NCBI RefSeq assembly: GCF_006345805.1
Contig: NC_042998.1
Span: 135,718,001-135,782,000, forward strand
Length of the DNA: 64,000 bases
Direction: 5' to 3'
Source of the DNA: Octopus sinensis
Taxonomy: Eukaryota
A program made the position numbers and the translations under genes. This document shows positions 13,251-25,745 of this stretch, piece after piece. The notes below the pieces were generated by a model. The model was not told where the DNA came from. It did not search any database and was given only the letters and a program-made list of their open reading frames with translations. Position 1 is the stretch's first letter. Every line of letters begins with the position of its first letter.

Positions 13251-13650
13251 ATATATATATATTATATATATCACACATACACATGACAGTCTTCTATATG
13301 GTTTTCACCTATCAGATTCGCTCACAAGGCATTGCCTGGCCTGGAGCTTTAATAGAAGACACTTGCTCAAAGTGCTGCTCAATGGAACTGAACCTGAAAC
13401 CAATTGGTTGCAAAGTAAAGCTTTTTAACCGCACAATCATGTTTATTTATTTATTTATTTAATAGATTTACTATCACTTATCATACAGTTTGTTTTAAAA
13501 CACATCAAGCTTCCCAAGAGCAAAGAAGCTTGATTTATCTTGAATAATTACTTAAAACATCTGAGACACACAAGGTTTTTTAAATTCTTTTTGTTTATTC
13601 CCTTTTCATCTTTGAATTCTGTTACACAATTAAAGAAGCTGCCAACCAAC

Positions 13651-13752
13651 CTGTTTTGGATGAGCTAGAATTAGCTGCAATGAATCGGTGACATTGTCAA
13701 TTATCTTCTGGATAGCTTTGATACTTTCATCAAGGACAACTATCCCATTTAC
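13651..13752 (-). CDS. Exon encoding C-terminal half of the PDZ domain (VNGIVVLDESIKAIQKIIDNVTDSLQLILAHPKQ)
   Basis: Branch-like gctaat, acceptor ttgtgtttcctgtttcag, 102 nt, donor CAG|gttggt. Joined to the previous exon it gives GDLIVE|VNG, the PDZ GD-x-I-x-x-VNG signature, followed by a helix-B and strand-F-like pattern. Not in the ORF track. Confidence 0.88.
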
Positions 13753-15669
13753 CTGAAACAGGAAACACAACATAAACAGGAAATATTAGCATTTTCTACT
13801 TTAATAGAAATCAAGTCGACATATAAACGGAAGTAATACAATGGAGATGAAAGAAGAGTGGAAACAAACAAACAAACAAAACAACTTATTTTAAGAAGTT
13901 ATTGATGGCATGTTTCATATATAAAGAAATGACATAATCAAGATTGGACAGGAAACTTGTTCTGAAAAATTGATGGAAAATACAGTCCACATAGTTGTAA
14001 TTAAGAACAACGGAAAGCACAATTTTTTGTTGTGTTTAGATTGCTGCTGCTCCACTCCCTTGTTCTCCCCCACTTCCTCCACTACCACCTACTTTCCCAT
14101 GCTTGTATGCTGGGAGAAGAGTTTTCCTATGACTGAATGCCCTCTCTATTGTCAACTTCCTCTTGTTTCAAAGTGAAGTAACAATCTTCCAATGTATCAA
14201 ACAACAAACAGCCCTTGGGGGTATCCTTATAAGATTTTGTTGTTAAAATTTATGCGCAATAAACTGCTTATATTTCTACAGTACACAAAATATTTAAACG
14301 TTTTTGTATACAATTCCTTATTAATATTTAATCATAAAAATATAATAGGAGTTTTTAGACACAGAATACCTATGAGGGTCCCTTGTCAAAAAATTGGTTG
14401 AGAATCACAGTTATATATGGAGAACTCTGCACTGTATTATTCAATCAATATAATATAATGTTGTATTAACTGACCACTAATATATATTATCATTATTACT
14501 ACTGTTGTTAAGGCTGTGAGCTGGCAGAATTGTTAGCAGGCAAAATGCTTAGTGGCATTTCATCTGTCTTTACGTTCTGAGTTCAAATTCTGTCGAGGTC
14601 AACTTTGCCTTTCATCCTTTCAGGGTCGATAAAATAAGTACCAGTTGAGCACTGGGGTCAATGTAATTAACTAGTCCACTCCCCTCAAATTTCAGGCCTT
14701 GTGCCATTAGTAAAAAGGGTTATTACTACTATTGTTATTGTTATATTTATCATTATTTACCATTGTTAATACAGCAAGCTGGCAGAAATATTAATGCACT
14801 GGGGAAAATGTTTAACAGCATGTGTTTTCAAACAACTCTCTCTCCTGTGAAGCTCATCTATTTCATTCCCTCCAGTCCCACCACTACTTGTACTTTATTT
14901 TATCACCTACCCCTACTTTTGCCCACTTCTACTATTACCAATCACTGCCATCTACTTCACTCCAAAATAACCTTGTTTTTCTATCATACTTGCTCATTAC
15001 ACCCATCTATCCTTTACCTTTGACCACCCCTGTTATTTTCAATTACTCCCCTCTCGGTCCCCACCCCCTACATACTCCTACCTTCTTCCTATCATACACT
15101 TGTTCCTTCAGATAGTATGTCCTTCGATTTTTTTGATGTATCATTTGATGGAGATTTGGCTGTTGTTTCTATTAGGTGGAGTAACTGTGAAGCTGAGTGA
15201 CAAAAGTGGTAGGACATCATGACAAACTATCAAACCATGCAATCCTTGCCAGAGTGGAAAGCAGATGCAAAATGAAAATGAATGACATGAATTGCAATTC
15301 ATTTTTAAAAATAAGCCTCTTAAGTTTAATTATCTCCCCTTAAACCCACTTCCTGTTTTACCCATGCAAAACAATTATAAAGGGTAGAAAGTAAGGTGGA
15401 TGTTATTTTTTTTTATTTTTACATCATTAAATTTAAGCTATAATTTGTAAGAGGAAGCCCAGTCCACATAATGATACAGGTGTATTTATATTACAATATT
15501 TTCATATATTGGTAACCTGTTTATAAGAATTGGTGATAATAGTGGAGATGGTGGAAGTGGTGGAGGATGTTATTACTGGCGGTTATATTTACAGCAATCA
15601 GTATTATCACTTCCATACACCAAGACCAAGTATTCACTGCCACCACCACCACCACCACTATCACCAACC

Positions 15670-15700
<31 letters not shown>

Positions 15701-15886
15701 CATCATAAAGGATGATAAATTAAGTACCAGTCAAGTACTGGAGTCGATAAAATCAATTGTGTCCCTCCCTACAAAAATCCAAGCCTTGTGCCTACAGTAA
15801 AAAGGATTATTATTACTATTATTACCCACTGCCCCAAAATTGCTGGCCTTATGCCAAAATTTGAAACCATTAATTATTATCATTAC

Positions 15887-16390
15887 TGAATAAGAGAGCA
15901 GTGCATGCCATCAACGTGACGCTGGGGTACAAACATACGAAGTCCAATACACCCATTATGATTACCTATCTGATAAGGGTACATCCAGCACATGCATCAC
16001 AACAAAATGTGCTAGACATGGTGATCTCATATCAAGATAAACTGTGCATGACTTTGCAGGTGGAGCCCAGTTAGAATTTTCTTCAGGTCAAGTGGCCCAA
16101 CCAACTCAAGAGGTCCCTGAATAAGGTTTGTTTAAGGATGTTTCCAGAGATGAATTATTCAAATCCCAAAGAATTCTTTGCAACACATGGTTATGATGCT
16201 CCCTCACTACTTCTGCTCATGATCAGAAATGCACATATTGTCAGCCACTAAGGGACATGCTCAAATGGTTAATGTCAAACAAGTGAGGTATTGAGCAGAA
16301 TATTTGCTGTAGCCCATCTTTCACACTAAGACAAAACACGTAAATGGCAGCACTCCTAATCTGTTAAAATCAGGAGCTACTACCTGTGGC
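15887..16390 (-). mobile_element. ~500-540-bp non-coding interspersed element, older copy
   Basis: Reverse complement of 26611-27149, with (ATT)n tracts on both sides. Confidence 0.8.
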
Positions 16391-16529
16391 ATTTATTATT
16401 ATCATTATATTTAAACTCCCACACTTTATGTCTGTCTTTGTATTGTCACGTTCATCCTTTGTTGTGGAGGCAAATAATAGAAACCATTATTATCATTATC
16501 ATGATGATCATCATTATTATTACTATTAT

Positions 16530-17265
16530 TTCCCATTTGATTTGTATTCTATTTCATCTTCTGACTGGGTCTCAACCAGAGACTTAAGGTATGTACATAT
16601 TAGATGGAGAGAAACTTCCTGAGAATGTGGGCAGTTGATGTCAACACAATTTTTTGAGTTTCATAGATGGCTGGTTTCCAAGAGATCTGGTCAAAAAATT
16701 TGTCACTACCTTTTTTGATCATTCCCAGGGCACCTACAATAACAGGGAAGGTTTTGGTTTATAATAGTCACATCTTAGACATCTCAATCTCAGGATCCTT
16801 ATATTTCAACAGCTTTTTAAATTCCTTTGCTGAGATGTTTCTATCATTAGGCACTGTCATATCAATTAACAGGCATGTTTTTCAACTTAGGTCTTTGATG
16901 ATGATGATGATAATGTGTGGTCTGTTATCATTTATTTGTCTGTTTGTATGTATTCTATAATCCCACAGGATGGTAACATTCTCTCTCTCAGAGATTGGCT
17001 CAGGATGGTGTTCATACCAATTCTTAGGGTGTGGGATATCATAGTGACAGCATATGTTCCAGTGTAAGTATTGGCCAACTTGATCATACCTGGTTTTATA
17101 TTCTGTAGGGGCAAGAACTGACTGCCTTTGCTTTAATTTATACAAGCTGTACCCAAGTCTCAACCTAAGATGTCAAGAGACAAGTTTTTGCATCTAAAGA
17201 TGCAAACAGGTGAGGTTTATGAAAAAAGCTGATGTCTGCATGTAAAGAAAAAAATCTCTTTATAA
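16530..17265 (-). mobile_element. Dong/R4-like non-LTR retrotransposon 3' fragment (restriction-like endonuclease domain)
   Basis: RYDQVGQYLHWNIC..WYEHHP..ILWDYRIHT..RPHIII..CLLIDMTVPND..KYKD..VIVGALG..TAHILRKFL. (ATT)n on both sides. Confidence 0.85.
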
Positions 17266-17266
17266 A

Positions 17267-17297
<31 letters not shown>

Positions 17298-17624
17298 TTT
17301 ATTCTGGCAGAACCGTTAGCATGCCAAACAAAATGCTAAACAACATCTCAATCATCATGTTCTGACTTCAAGTTTCAATAAAAGTTAAGTACTGGGGTTG
17401 ATGTAATTGACTGGCCCCTCCCCAAATTTTCAGGCTGTGTACCTACAGTATAAAGGATTATTATTATTATTATTAGCCAAGGTCAACTTTGCTTTTCATA
17501 TTTTTGGGGTCAATAAAAAAAATACTAGCTGTACACTGGGGTCAATGTAATTGATTAACATCCACCCTAAAACTGCTAGCCCTGTACCAAAATTTGAAAC
17601 CACCACCATCATGAAGCTAGGAAT

Positions 17625-17935
17625 ACTATCTTAATGTTTGATGACAACAAGTCTCCTTGAATCCTAAGAATCGTTCTTAGGACTCTTGCAGAATATAAGA
17701 AGGTACTTTTCAGCAGATTGACAAAGTGAGTTTCAATTCCACTATCTTTCAGCCTCTTAAGTAGCAGTTTGGGTGTTGTACCAAGTCTACCAATTACTAT
17801 AGTAATAATTGTTGTCTTAGTTTCCCACAATCTCTTCAGTTCTCTGGCTAGATTTTGTTATCTTTCAATTTTTTGAATTTCTTTGATATCTGCTCTGCTA
17901 TCATAGGAGATTGCAAAATTTATGATCTTACACTG
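17625..17935 (-). mobile_element. Second Dong/R4-like RLE fragment (different subfamily)
   Basis: CKIINFAISYDSRADIKEIQKIER*QNLARELKRLWETKTTIITIVIGRLG...SARVLRTIL across track ORFs 17858..18070 and 17609..17830. Confidence 0.8.
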
Positions 17936-19039
17936 ATTATATATTTTGTCCTCTACAGCACCTATGGCTTTTGAAATCATTTTTTCATACTCAGAATTGT
18001 TAAAGCATAGAATAAAATAAACTACATTGTTTGTTAGCTGTCTGGACATTGCATCCTTCAAAAATTCCATGTTTCTAAAATTTAAACACTGGGCCTATGC
18101 ACTTTTTCTTGTACTTCTAGCTTTTATTGTTGTCTTTCTTTACTACTGCTTCGTTATTGTTGTTTAATGTCTGTTTCTTATACCAGTATGGGTTGGATGA
18201 TTTGACAGGAGCCAGTGAGGCAGAGGAATGCACCAAACATCAATGTCTGCTTTAGCATGGTTTCTACAGTAAGGTGTCTTTCTTAATACTAACCACTTCA
18301 CAGAGTGTACTGTGTAATTTCCATGTAGCACTTAGTGAGGTCACAAACTCACAAGACAAGGCACCCTTCAACTGAGAGTGTGAGTGTCGTTTAGACACTT
18401 TTGGTCATGAATGACCATGGGATTGCACCTAGAAAGTCCCCTTCCAAGGCACTAGTCCAGGTAAGATTGTTTATGGAAGACCAGCAGTCCCCTCTCCATG
18501 CCACTGATGTTGCCCAAGGGAAAGGCAAAGGCCAATACAGCTTGGCACCAGTGACATTGCAACTCATTTCTACAGCTGAGTGAACTGGAGCAATGTGAAA
18601 TAAAGTGTCTTGTTCAAGAACACAAAACACAGTCTGGTCCAGGAATTGAATTCACTTCTTCATGATTGTGAGCCCGATACTCTAACCATTCAGCCATGTG
18701 CCTCCACGGGGGTGTAGTATATAATATATATATACATATACACACAGCTGACTACTCTTTGGTGGTGTCTGTTATATACAAAGTTCTTCTTCACTGTTAG
18801 CCTGTTAATTGTGTCTTATGTGCATCCATAATTTACATTGACTACACTATGTGACTTTCTTCTCTACTCTTTTCCTGTGTACTGAGCATAGCCATTCCTT
18901 AGATGGAAATAGGACCCAGCATCACCTACTGGCCATCTTCCTTCTTGTTAACCAAAACTTTTCTCTTCATTAAGCTTATTTTAAGGACTCTTGATTTTAG
19001 ACATTACTTCCGCTTTAAGCTTTCTATCTATCCCACAAA

Positions 19040-19530
19040 TTTAACTGGTAATGTGAAGATAATCATGAAATGATGCTAGTGGGATTATAGTGGTAGCAGC
19101 AAGTGAGCTGGCAGTTATAGTGGTATAGATGATGTTTATGGTGGTGATGGTGGTGGTGGTGGTAGCAGAGATGGCAATGTGGATGCAAGCAATAGTAGAG
19201 GTGATGTAGGTGGAGACAGTGACCAACAATGCTAGAGTGATGCTGGATGGTAGTGGTGGTAACAGTGATGGTAATGTGAATGCAAGCGATATAAGAGGTG
19301 AAGATTATGACCAACACCATTAGGGTGATACTTGGTGGTGGTCATGCTGACTGACATCAGTGGTAGTGCTGACTTACAGTAGTGGTGGTGATGGTAATAG
19401 TGGCAACAGTGGTATTAGCACTGATATTAGATGTGTTGGAGGAGGTAGTGACCACCAACACAGGAGTTATGCTGGTGGTAGTAATGATGGTACAAGACAT
19501 AGATGATGGTAGTAATGGTGGAGCTATAGG
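19040..19530. repeat. Degenerate (GGT/GAT/AGT)n tract; similar tracts at ~28620-28830, 40190-40470, 47980-48090, 53410-53620
   Basis: Low-complexity trinucleotide sequence. Confidence 0.85.
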
Positions 19531-19547
19531 CATTAGAACCTCACTAA

Positions 19548-20045
19548 CCAGCCAACCAATCAGCCAGCCAACCAATCAAGCAACTAACCAATCAGTCAAC
19601 CAACCAACCAACCAGCCAACCAATCAACGAATCAACCAACCAACTAGCCAGCCATCCAACCAACCAACCAACCAGCCAGCCAACCAAGCAACCAACCAAC
19701 CAACCAAGCAACCAACCAACCAGCCAGCCATCCATCCAACCAACCAACCAACCAGCCAACCAACCAACCAACCAACCAACCAACCAACCAACCAACCAGC
19801 CAGCCAGCCAGCCATCCAACCAACTAGCCAGCCATCCAACCAACCAACCAACCAACCAACCATCCATCCAGCCAGCCAACCAGCCATCCATCCATCCAAC
19901 CAACCAACCAACCAACCAACCAACCAACCATCCATCCAACCAACCAACCAGCCAGCCAGCCAACCAACCAACCAACCAACCAACCAACCAGCCAGCCAAC
20001 CAGCCAGCCAGCAAACCAACTAACCAGCCAGCCAGCCAACTAAAC
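19548..20045. repeat. ~500-bp (CCAA/CCAG/CCAT)n tetranucleotide satellite
   Basis: Directly visible. It explains the NQPT and WLVG ORFs. Confidence 0.95.
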
Positions 20046-21358
20046 AATCACCACTACTATATACTTCAATTAGAAAATGTTTATTTAATAATAAAAAATG
20101 AACCAAACAAAAACAACAACAAAAAAGACAAATGTTAGCAGCAGCATTTGGTATTTCCTTCCAAGTGATCCTAATATAGCTAGTTTATAATCGTGACACC
20201 CAACACCCTTGTGTAATCACCATCACCAACCTCTTTTTTGACCAATCACAATTTAGAGCCGTTCATGTTTACCTGAAAGCTTAAGTGATTAAATAATATC
20301 CCTGAGTTAAGGTATAAAGGAAGTCATGTTGCTAAGGTGGTTGTTTGATAGTTTCTTAGTTCCCCCACTACTACCACCACCACCACTGCCACCTCCAACA
20401 CTGTTCCCACTACCCTCTGGCTTGTTCCAGTGAGAAGCATAGACTGATATTCTTTTTAAACATAGCCTGAAGGTGTATTATTGAAGTGTTGAAAAATGAT
20501 ATACAAATAGAATTAGGGAGGTGCTAAAGAGATAATGCATATATCATCATTTAATGTCTATTTTCCATGCTGGCATAGATTGGACAGCTTCACAGGAACT
20601 GGTAAGGCCAGGGTGTCACACTAGGTTCCATAGTCTATATATATATATAAAGTCTGTTATGAGCATTTATAGAACATGTATCCTATAGAGACTCAACAAA
20701 CAATTAAAGATGGAGAAGAAGTGTTATGAGCTTTAAAAAAATTTAATCCATGCATACGCTCGTTTCAAACGATATTAACATGTAAATAACATGGTAAAAA
20801 ATTAATTTAATTGTAATAATCATAATTAAATTAATTACATAGCAAAAGGAAACAATGCAATTATTTTGGTTTCTTGTACCAATGTAAATTATGCAAAAAA
20901 AAAAAAAAGGTTTATTCTTTATATTGTAAATCTATATGGTCATCTGCTTCAGAGGAGAGCAGTTTCTTTCAAATTGATGTAATGTTTTCATGGATCAATT
21001 AAATGGAGCCGCTGGAAATGGTAGAAATGCATTAATACCTGGACATACATATATATATATCATGGAAAACGGATGCTAAACGACGATGATGATGATGATG
21101 ATATATATAGATAGATAGATAGATGGGAATCTTGCTGTTATTTCTCTTGTTAATAGGTGATCTACTGGTGTTACACCTTCAAAGATGTGTGGAACAAAAG
21201 ATCCCTAACTTGAACATAAAGGTTAGTGGCAGAAAGACCATTATAATTTCGATATGTAATTATAAGATCTAAGGATCTAAGCATAGGAATTTTGTAAGCT
21301 TCAGTCAGTCAATGGTAGGTATAAAAAACAACATTCAGGAACAATAATAATTTACATA

Positions 21359-21437
<79 letters not shown>

Positions 21438-21443
21438 ATATGT

Positions 21444-22185
21444 ATGGTTAATAAGGGCTGTACAAGCCCTATACAGAGAGGCCGTTAGCAAGGTTAGGAT
21501 TGGCAACGAGTATAGTGAAGAATTCCAGGTAGAAGTAGGGGTCTACCAAGGTTCAGCCCTCAGTCCCCTTTTATTCATCATAGTCCTCCAGGCAATAACA
21601 GAGGAATTCAAGACAGGTTGCTCCTGGGAGTTCCTCTATGCTGATGACCTGGCCCTCATAGTAGAATCCCTACTGGAACTAGAAAAGAAATTTCAGGTGT
21701 GGAAGCTAGGTTTAGAATCAAAAGGCCTTAGAGTCAATGTAGCAAAGACCAAAGTTATAGTAAGTAGGAAGGCGAACTCATCACACCCCGCTTCAAGTAG
21801 GTGGCCCTGCTCAATCTGTAGAAAAGGTGTAGGTAGAAACTCCATAAGATGTACCCAGTGTAAGGTATGGATGCATAAGAGGTGCAGCAACATCAAAGGA
21901 AAATTAACCGAGAAGATAGCTTTCATGTGCGGCAGATGCACAGGGGCAATAGACACCACAGATACTCAGAAAACAGATTCCGTCACATTCCAGTGGGAGA
22001 AACTAGAAGTAGTTGATAGTTTCCGCTACCTAGGTGACCAAGTTAGTAGTGGAGGTGGATGCTCGGAGAGTATCACCACTAGAATACGAATAGCCTGGGC
22101 AAAGTTTAGAAAGCTTCTATCCCAACTGGTGACAAAGGTCTCTCACTCAGAGTGAAAGGTAGATTGTACGACGCATGTGAACGAA
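21444..22185 (+). mobile_element. RTE-clade LINE RT fragment with an internal Cys/His (PHD-like) finger
   Basis: GVYQGSALSPLLF, LYADDL, LRVNVAKTK, then CSIC..CTQC..HKRC..CGRC, then FRYLG and RIRIAWAKF. Confidence 0.9.
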
Positions 22186-22285
22186 CTGCGTGGCACCTTG
22201 GGCAAGTGTCTTCTGCTATAGCCCCGGGCCGCCCAATGCCTTGTGAGTGGATTTGGTAGACGGTATCTGAAAGAAGCCTGTCGTA

Positions 22286-22333
<48 letters not shown>

Positions 22334-22706
22334 ATATATATATGTGTGTGGGGGGGTTGTGTGTCTGTACTTGTTAATAAATTATGATAATGATAACGTC
22401 ATAATTATCTTAATAAATTAGGATAATTATCATTGAATGTCTTCAAGTGAATGAAAAATTACAATTGCAAACTTTGCAGGGCTCAGTAAAAGTTCGTTCT
22501 TTATCTATTGTTACAATAGTTTATAGGTCTAGACTTACAAAGGACACACCTAGTCACTTTGATATCTTTCATCAACAGATTGGTGTGGTTGGTGAGCAAA
22601 TACTAAAGGAATCATTAATTAAAGATAAGATGTGTTACATTCCACATAGAAAGACAGTTTAATGAATGGATAACGAATAAATATTTTTGATAAGAATTAA
22701 AGGTGT

Positions 22707-22744
<38 letters not shown>

Positions 22745-23023
22745 TTTATATTCATTTATGATAACATTGAAGGGTATGCAAATAAAGCTCCTATTTCCTT
22801 CCTCTACTCCTATCATCTACCCCACCCCCTACAAGGTACATACAGAAATATCCACATTGCTAGATTGGCTTTCATACTGGCAAGAAGGGATAAACATCCC
22901 TCAGTGATTCATCCAATAATGCAGTGTCACCTGATGAAATGAATCAATGATGATGAATCAACTAGATGGCCACAGATAATACAGACTATACTGTACTAAT
23001 CTCAAGGATACCGACTCTAATGT

Positions 23024-23207
23024 TAAAGTGATAGTATGTTGTTAACTCAATGTGACAATCCCATGAAAGGGAAGAATGCTACTGTTATTTAGCACTAGGA
23101 AATGTGTCAAGTCCAACAGGAAACGGTGTTTCCTAGGGCTAAATAGCAGTAGAATTCTTCCCTTTCATGGGACTGTCACATTAAGTTGACAACATACTAT
23201 CAGTTTA
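23024..23207. mobile_element. Near-perfect hairpin/MITE (~75-bp arms, ~26-nt loop) in the large intron
   Basis: gatagtatgttgttaactcaatgtgacaatcccatgaaagggaagaat... vs ...attcttccctttcatgggactgtcacattaagttgacaacatactatc. Confidence 0.85.
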
Positions 23208-23342
23208 TCGTGCTGCTACTGCATAAATCTCTGAGAGATTTAAAAATGTATTATTTCTAATGTTAAAAATCATGTGATTTATCAAACAGGCATAATAATG
23301 TATTAAATATTTATAAATTCCATCCTATATATATAAGGGTAA

Positions 23343-23669
23343 AGACCCCCTTCGGTCATGAATGACCATGGGATTGCACCTAGAAAGTTACCCTCCTAGA
23401 CACAAGTCCGGGCAAGGTTGTTTATGGAAGACCAGCAGTCGCCCATGCATACCAGCCTCCCCTCTCCACGCCACCAGTGTTATCCAAGGGAAAGACAAAG
23501 GTCGATACAGCTTGGCACCAGTGACGTCGCAACTCATTTCTACAGCTGAGTGAACTGGAGCAACGTGAAATAAAATGTATTGCTCAAGAACACAACACGC
23601 AGCCCGGTCCGGGATTCGAGCTCACAACCTCACGATCGTAAGCTCGACGCTCTAACCACTGAGCCATGC

Positions 23670-23670
<1 letters not shown>
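23343..23670 (-). mobile_element. Young tRNA(Arg)-like-headed, CORE-type SINE (older relatives at ~18345-18705, 23720-24225, 35700-35910, 47410-47650, 57930-58080)
   Basis: Minus strand: A box TGGCTCAGTGG, B-box-like CTCGAATCC, ACG in the anticodon position, CORE-like CTTGAGCAA..CTTTATTTCACGTTGCTCCAGTTCACTCAGCTGTAGAAATG. CpGs retained. Flanked by (TA)n. Confidence 0.85.
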
Positions 23671-23708
<38 letters not shown>

Positions 23709-24395
23709 TCATCAGTTACAACAACAAGTGTTCCAGTTGATCCAATCAACAGAACATCCTGTTCATGGAATTAATATGCAAGTAGCTGAGCTCTCCACAA
23801 GCACATGTACCCTTAACATAGTTCTCTGGGAAATTCAGCATGGCACAGAATGTGACAAGCTGGCCCTTTAAATTATAGTTAATCCAAACATGAACAAAGA
23901 GAAAACACAACAACGTGAGGATGTGGAACAAGTATAGTGTTATTGGATGCTCAGGAAAGGAAAGAAAGAAGGAGGATTTAATGTTTTGAGCGGAGCTCTT
24001 TGTCAGAAACATAGAAAAAGGAAAGGTCCAAGGAAGGGAAGACAGAGAAAGAAAATCGCCAACGATACACATGTGGTACAACTCATTTTTGCCACCTGAG
24101 TATCTAGTGCAATAGGAAATAAAGTGTCTTGCTCAAGGACTCAATGTGCCATCGGGAATTGAACACATGACCTTATGATCATGAGTTGAATACCATAGCC
24201 ATTAAGCCATGCACCTCTTATTGGAATCTTACAGGTATACCATTTTGCCTAAATAATGGATCTACAAATTCAATATCCCTACATATCTCACATCTATTTT
24301 CTTTCCTCCACCTCACTCTCTATTTTGTATCATATCTAAATTAACTATTACTTAACTATTCTCTCAGACCATCTCTGATGAAGGGATATAATAAA

Positions 24396-24628
24396 GGCGG
24401 TGAGCTGGCAGAATCATTAGCATGTCGGGCGAAATGCTTAGCGGTATTTCGTCTGCCGCTACGTTCTGAGTTCAAATTCCGCTGAGGTCGACTTTGCCTT
24501 TCATCCTTTTGGAGTCGATTAAATAAGTACCAGTTGTGCACTAAGGTCTATATATTCGACTTGGTCCATTTGTCTGTCCTTGTTTGTCCCTTCTGTGTTT
24601 AGCCCCTTGTGGGTAGTAAAGAAATAGT
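24396..24628 (+). mobile_element. Young SINE family A copy (GGCGGTGAGCTGGCAGAATC head); many older copies, e.g. 338-545, 7035-7435, 14505-14720, 17300-17605, 25765-25975, 27800-28245, 41810-41960
   Basis: tRNA-like head with GAGTTCAAATTCC B box and conserved centre GAGGTCGACTTTGCCTTTCATCCTTT..GGTCGAT.AAATAAGTACCAG recurring more than 20 times. Confidence 0.9.
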
Positions 24629-25333
24629 TGAAGGGGTATTATAAATATCCTGGAAACAGCTGTAAGACCTTCTATCTATAAATGTTCTAAAATCTACTCA
24701 GCCTTGGTTTGTTATCTCATTACGAAAAAAAATTTATATATATATATATGTACACACACACATACATACATACACACATACATAATGCAGGTATGACTAT
24801 GTGGTTAAAATGTATGCTTCTCAATCAGATGGTTAGGGTTTAGTTCCACTGTGTGGCACCAAATGTCTTCTACTACAGCCCTTGGTTAACCAAAGCATTG
24901 TGAGTGGATTTAGAAACTGTAAAGAGCCTGTCATGTGTATGTGTGTGTGTTTGTGTGTGAATTGTGTATGTTTGAGTCTCCTTGTCTTGACATCATGTGA
25001 CAGTTGTAAATGAATGTCACTGTCACATAAGCAGTGTCATTGATTTTCAATATTCTGTGAAAACATGTCTGGTCAAGGAAAAATATTACCTTGCATGGAA
25101 ACAGGTAGGGGTGGGTGATAGGAAGAGCATCCAAATATAGAAAATCTGCAAATCTGCCTCAATGAAAATCTGTCAGCCTCATGAAAGCATGGAATGGTGA
25201 ACATGAAAATATTGATATATATATATATATTAACATCAAAATGGAATAAGCAGGACAAGATGAGACACATGGAACTGAGAGTCACTGATGAGGTTACAGA
25301 ATGTGTGATGAAAGAACTTTGACAGACATTATA

Positions 25334-25745
25334 GGCGTAGGGGTGGCTGTGTGGTAAGTAGCTTGCTTACCAACCACATGGTTCTGCGTTCAGTCCCACT
25401 GCATGGCACTTTGAGCAAGTGTCTTCTACTATAGCCTCAGGCTGACCAAAGCCTTGTGAGTGGATTTGGTAGATGGAAACTGAAAGAAGCCTGTTGTATA
25501 TATGTATATGTGTGTGTGTGTGTGTGTGTTTGTGTATCTGTGTTTGTCCCCCCAACATCACTTGACAACCGATGCTAGTGTGTTTACGTCCCCATAACTT
25601 AGCGGTTCGGTATAAGAGACCGATATAATAAGTACTAGGCTTACAAAGAATAAGTCCTGGGGTCGATTTGCTTGACTAAATGCGGTGCTCCAGCATGGCC
25701 ACAGTCACATGACTGAAACAAGTATAAGAGTAAAAAGAGTAGACA
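25334..25745 (+). mobile_element. Full-length composite SINE family B (tRNA head, CORE-like block, (TG)n linker, 3' module, (AAAAGAGT)-like tail); others at ~29028-29440, 33620-33880, 39540-39925, 46370-46670, 58585-58930
   Basis: GTGGCTGTGTGGTAAG..GTTCAGTCCCACTG..GCAAGTGTCTTCTACTATAGCC..GGATTTGGTAGA.GGAAACTGAAAGAAGCC recurs on both strands. Confidence 0.9.

Noticed and set aside
12032-13462. Domesticated (functional) PGBD gene
   Set aside because: Multiple frameshifts and a stop, loss of the C-terminus, and a retained TIR/TTAA end indicate a dead transposon copy.
17936-18070. N-terminal part of ORF 17858..18070 as a host exon
   Set aside because: The downstream half is a Dong-like endonuclease fragment, and no convincing splice sites frame the remainder.
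19382-20047. 213-aa NQPT-repeat ORF and the antisense WLVG ORFs
   Set aside because: They are the translation of a (CCAA)n satellite plus a degenerate GGT tract, with no splice context or unique sequence.
20799-20836. 13-bp AT-only hairpin
   Set aside because: Expected by chance in very AT-rich low-complexity sequence.
23595-23668. Possible tRNA-Arg(ACG) gene
   Set aside because: The acceptor and anticodon stems do not pair, and the sequence continues into a SINE body present in several copies.
25285-25325. CTGATGAG...GAAA hammerhead candidate
   Set aside because: Stem II is weak and there is no room or complementarity for stem III. Other CTGATGA hits (8578, 22930, 51076) also lack stems.
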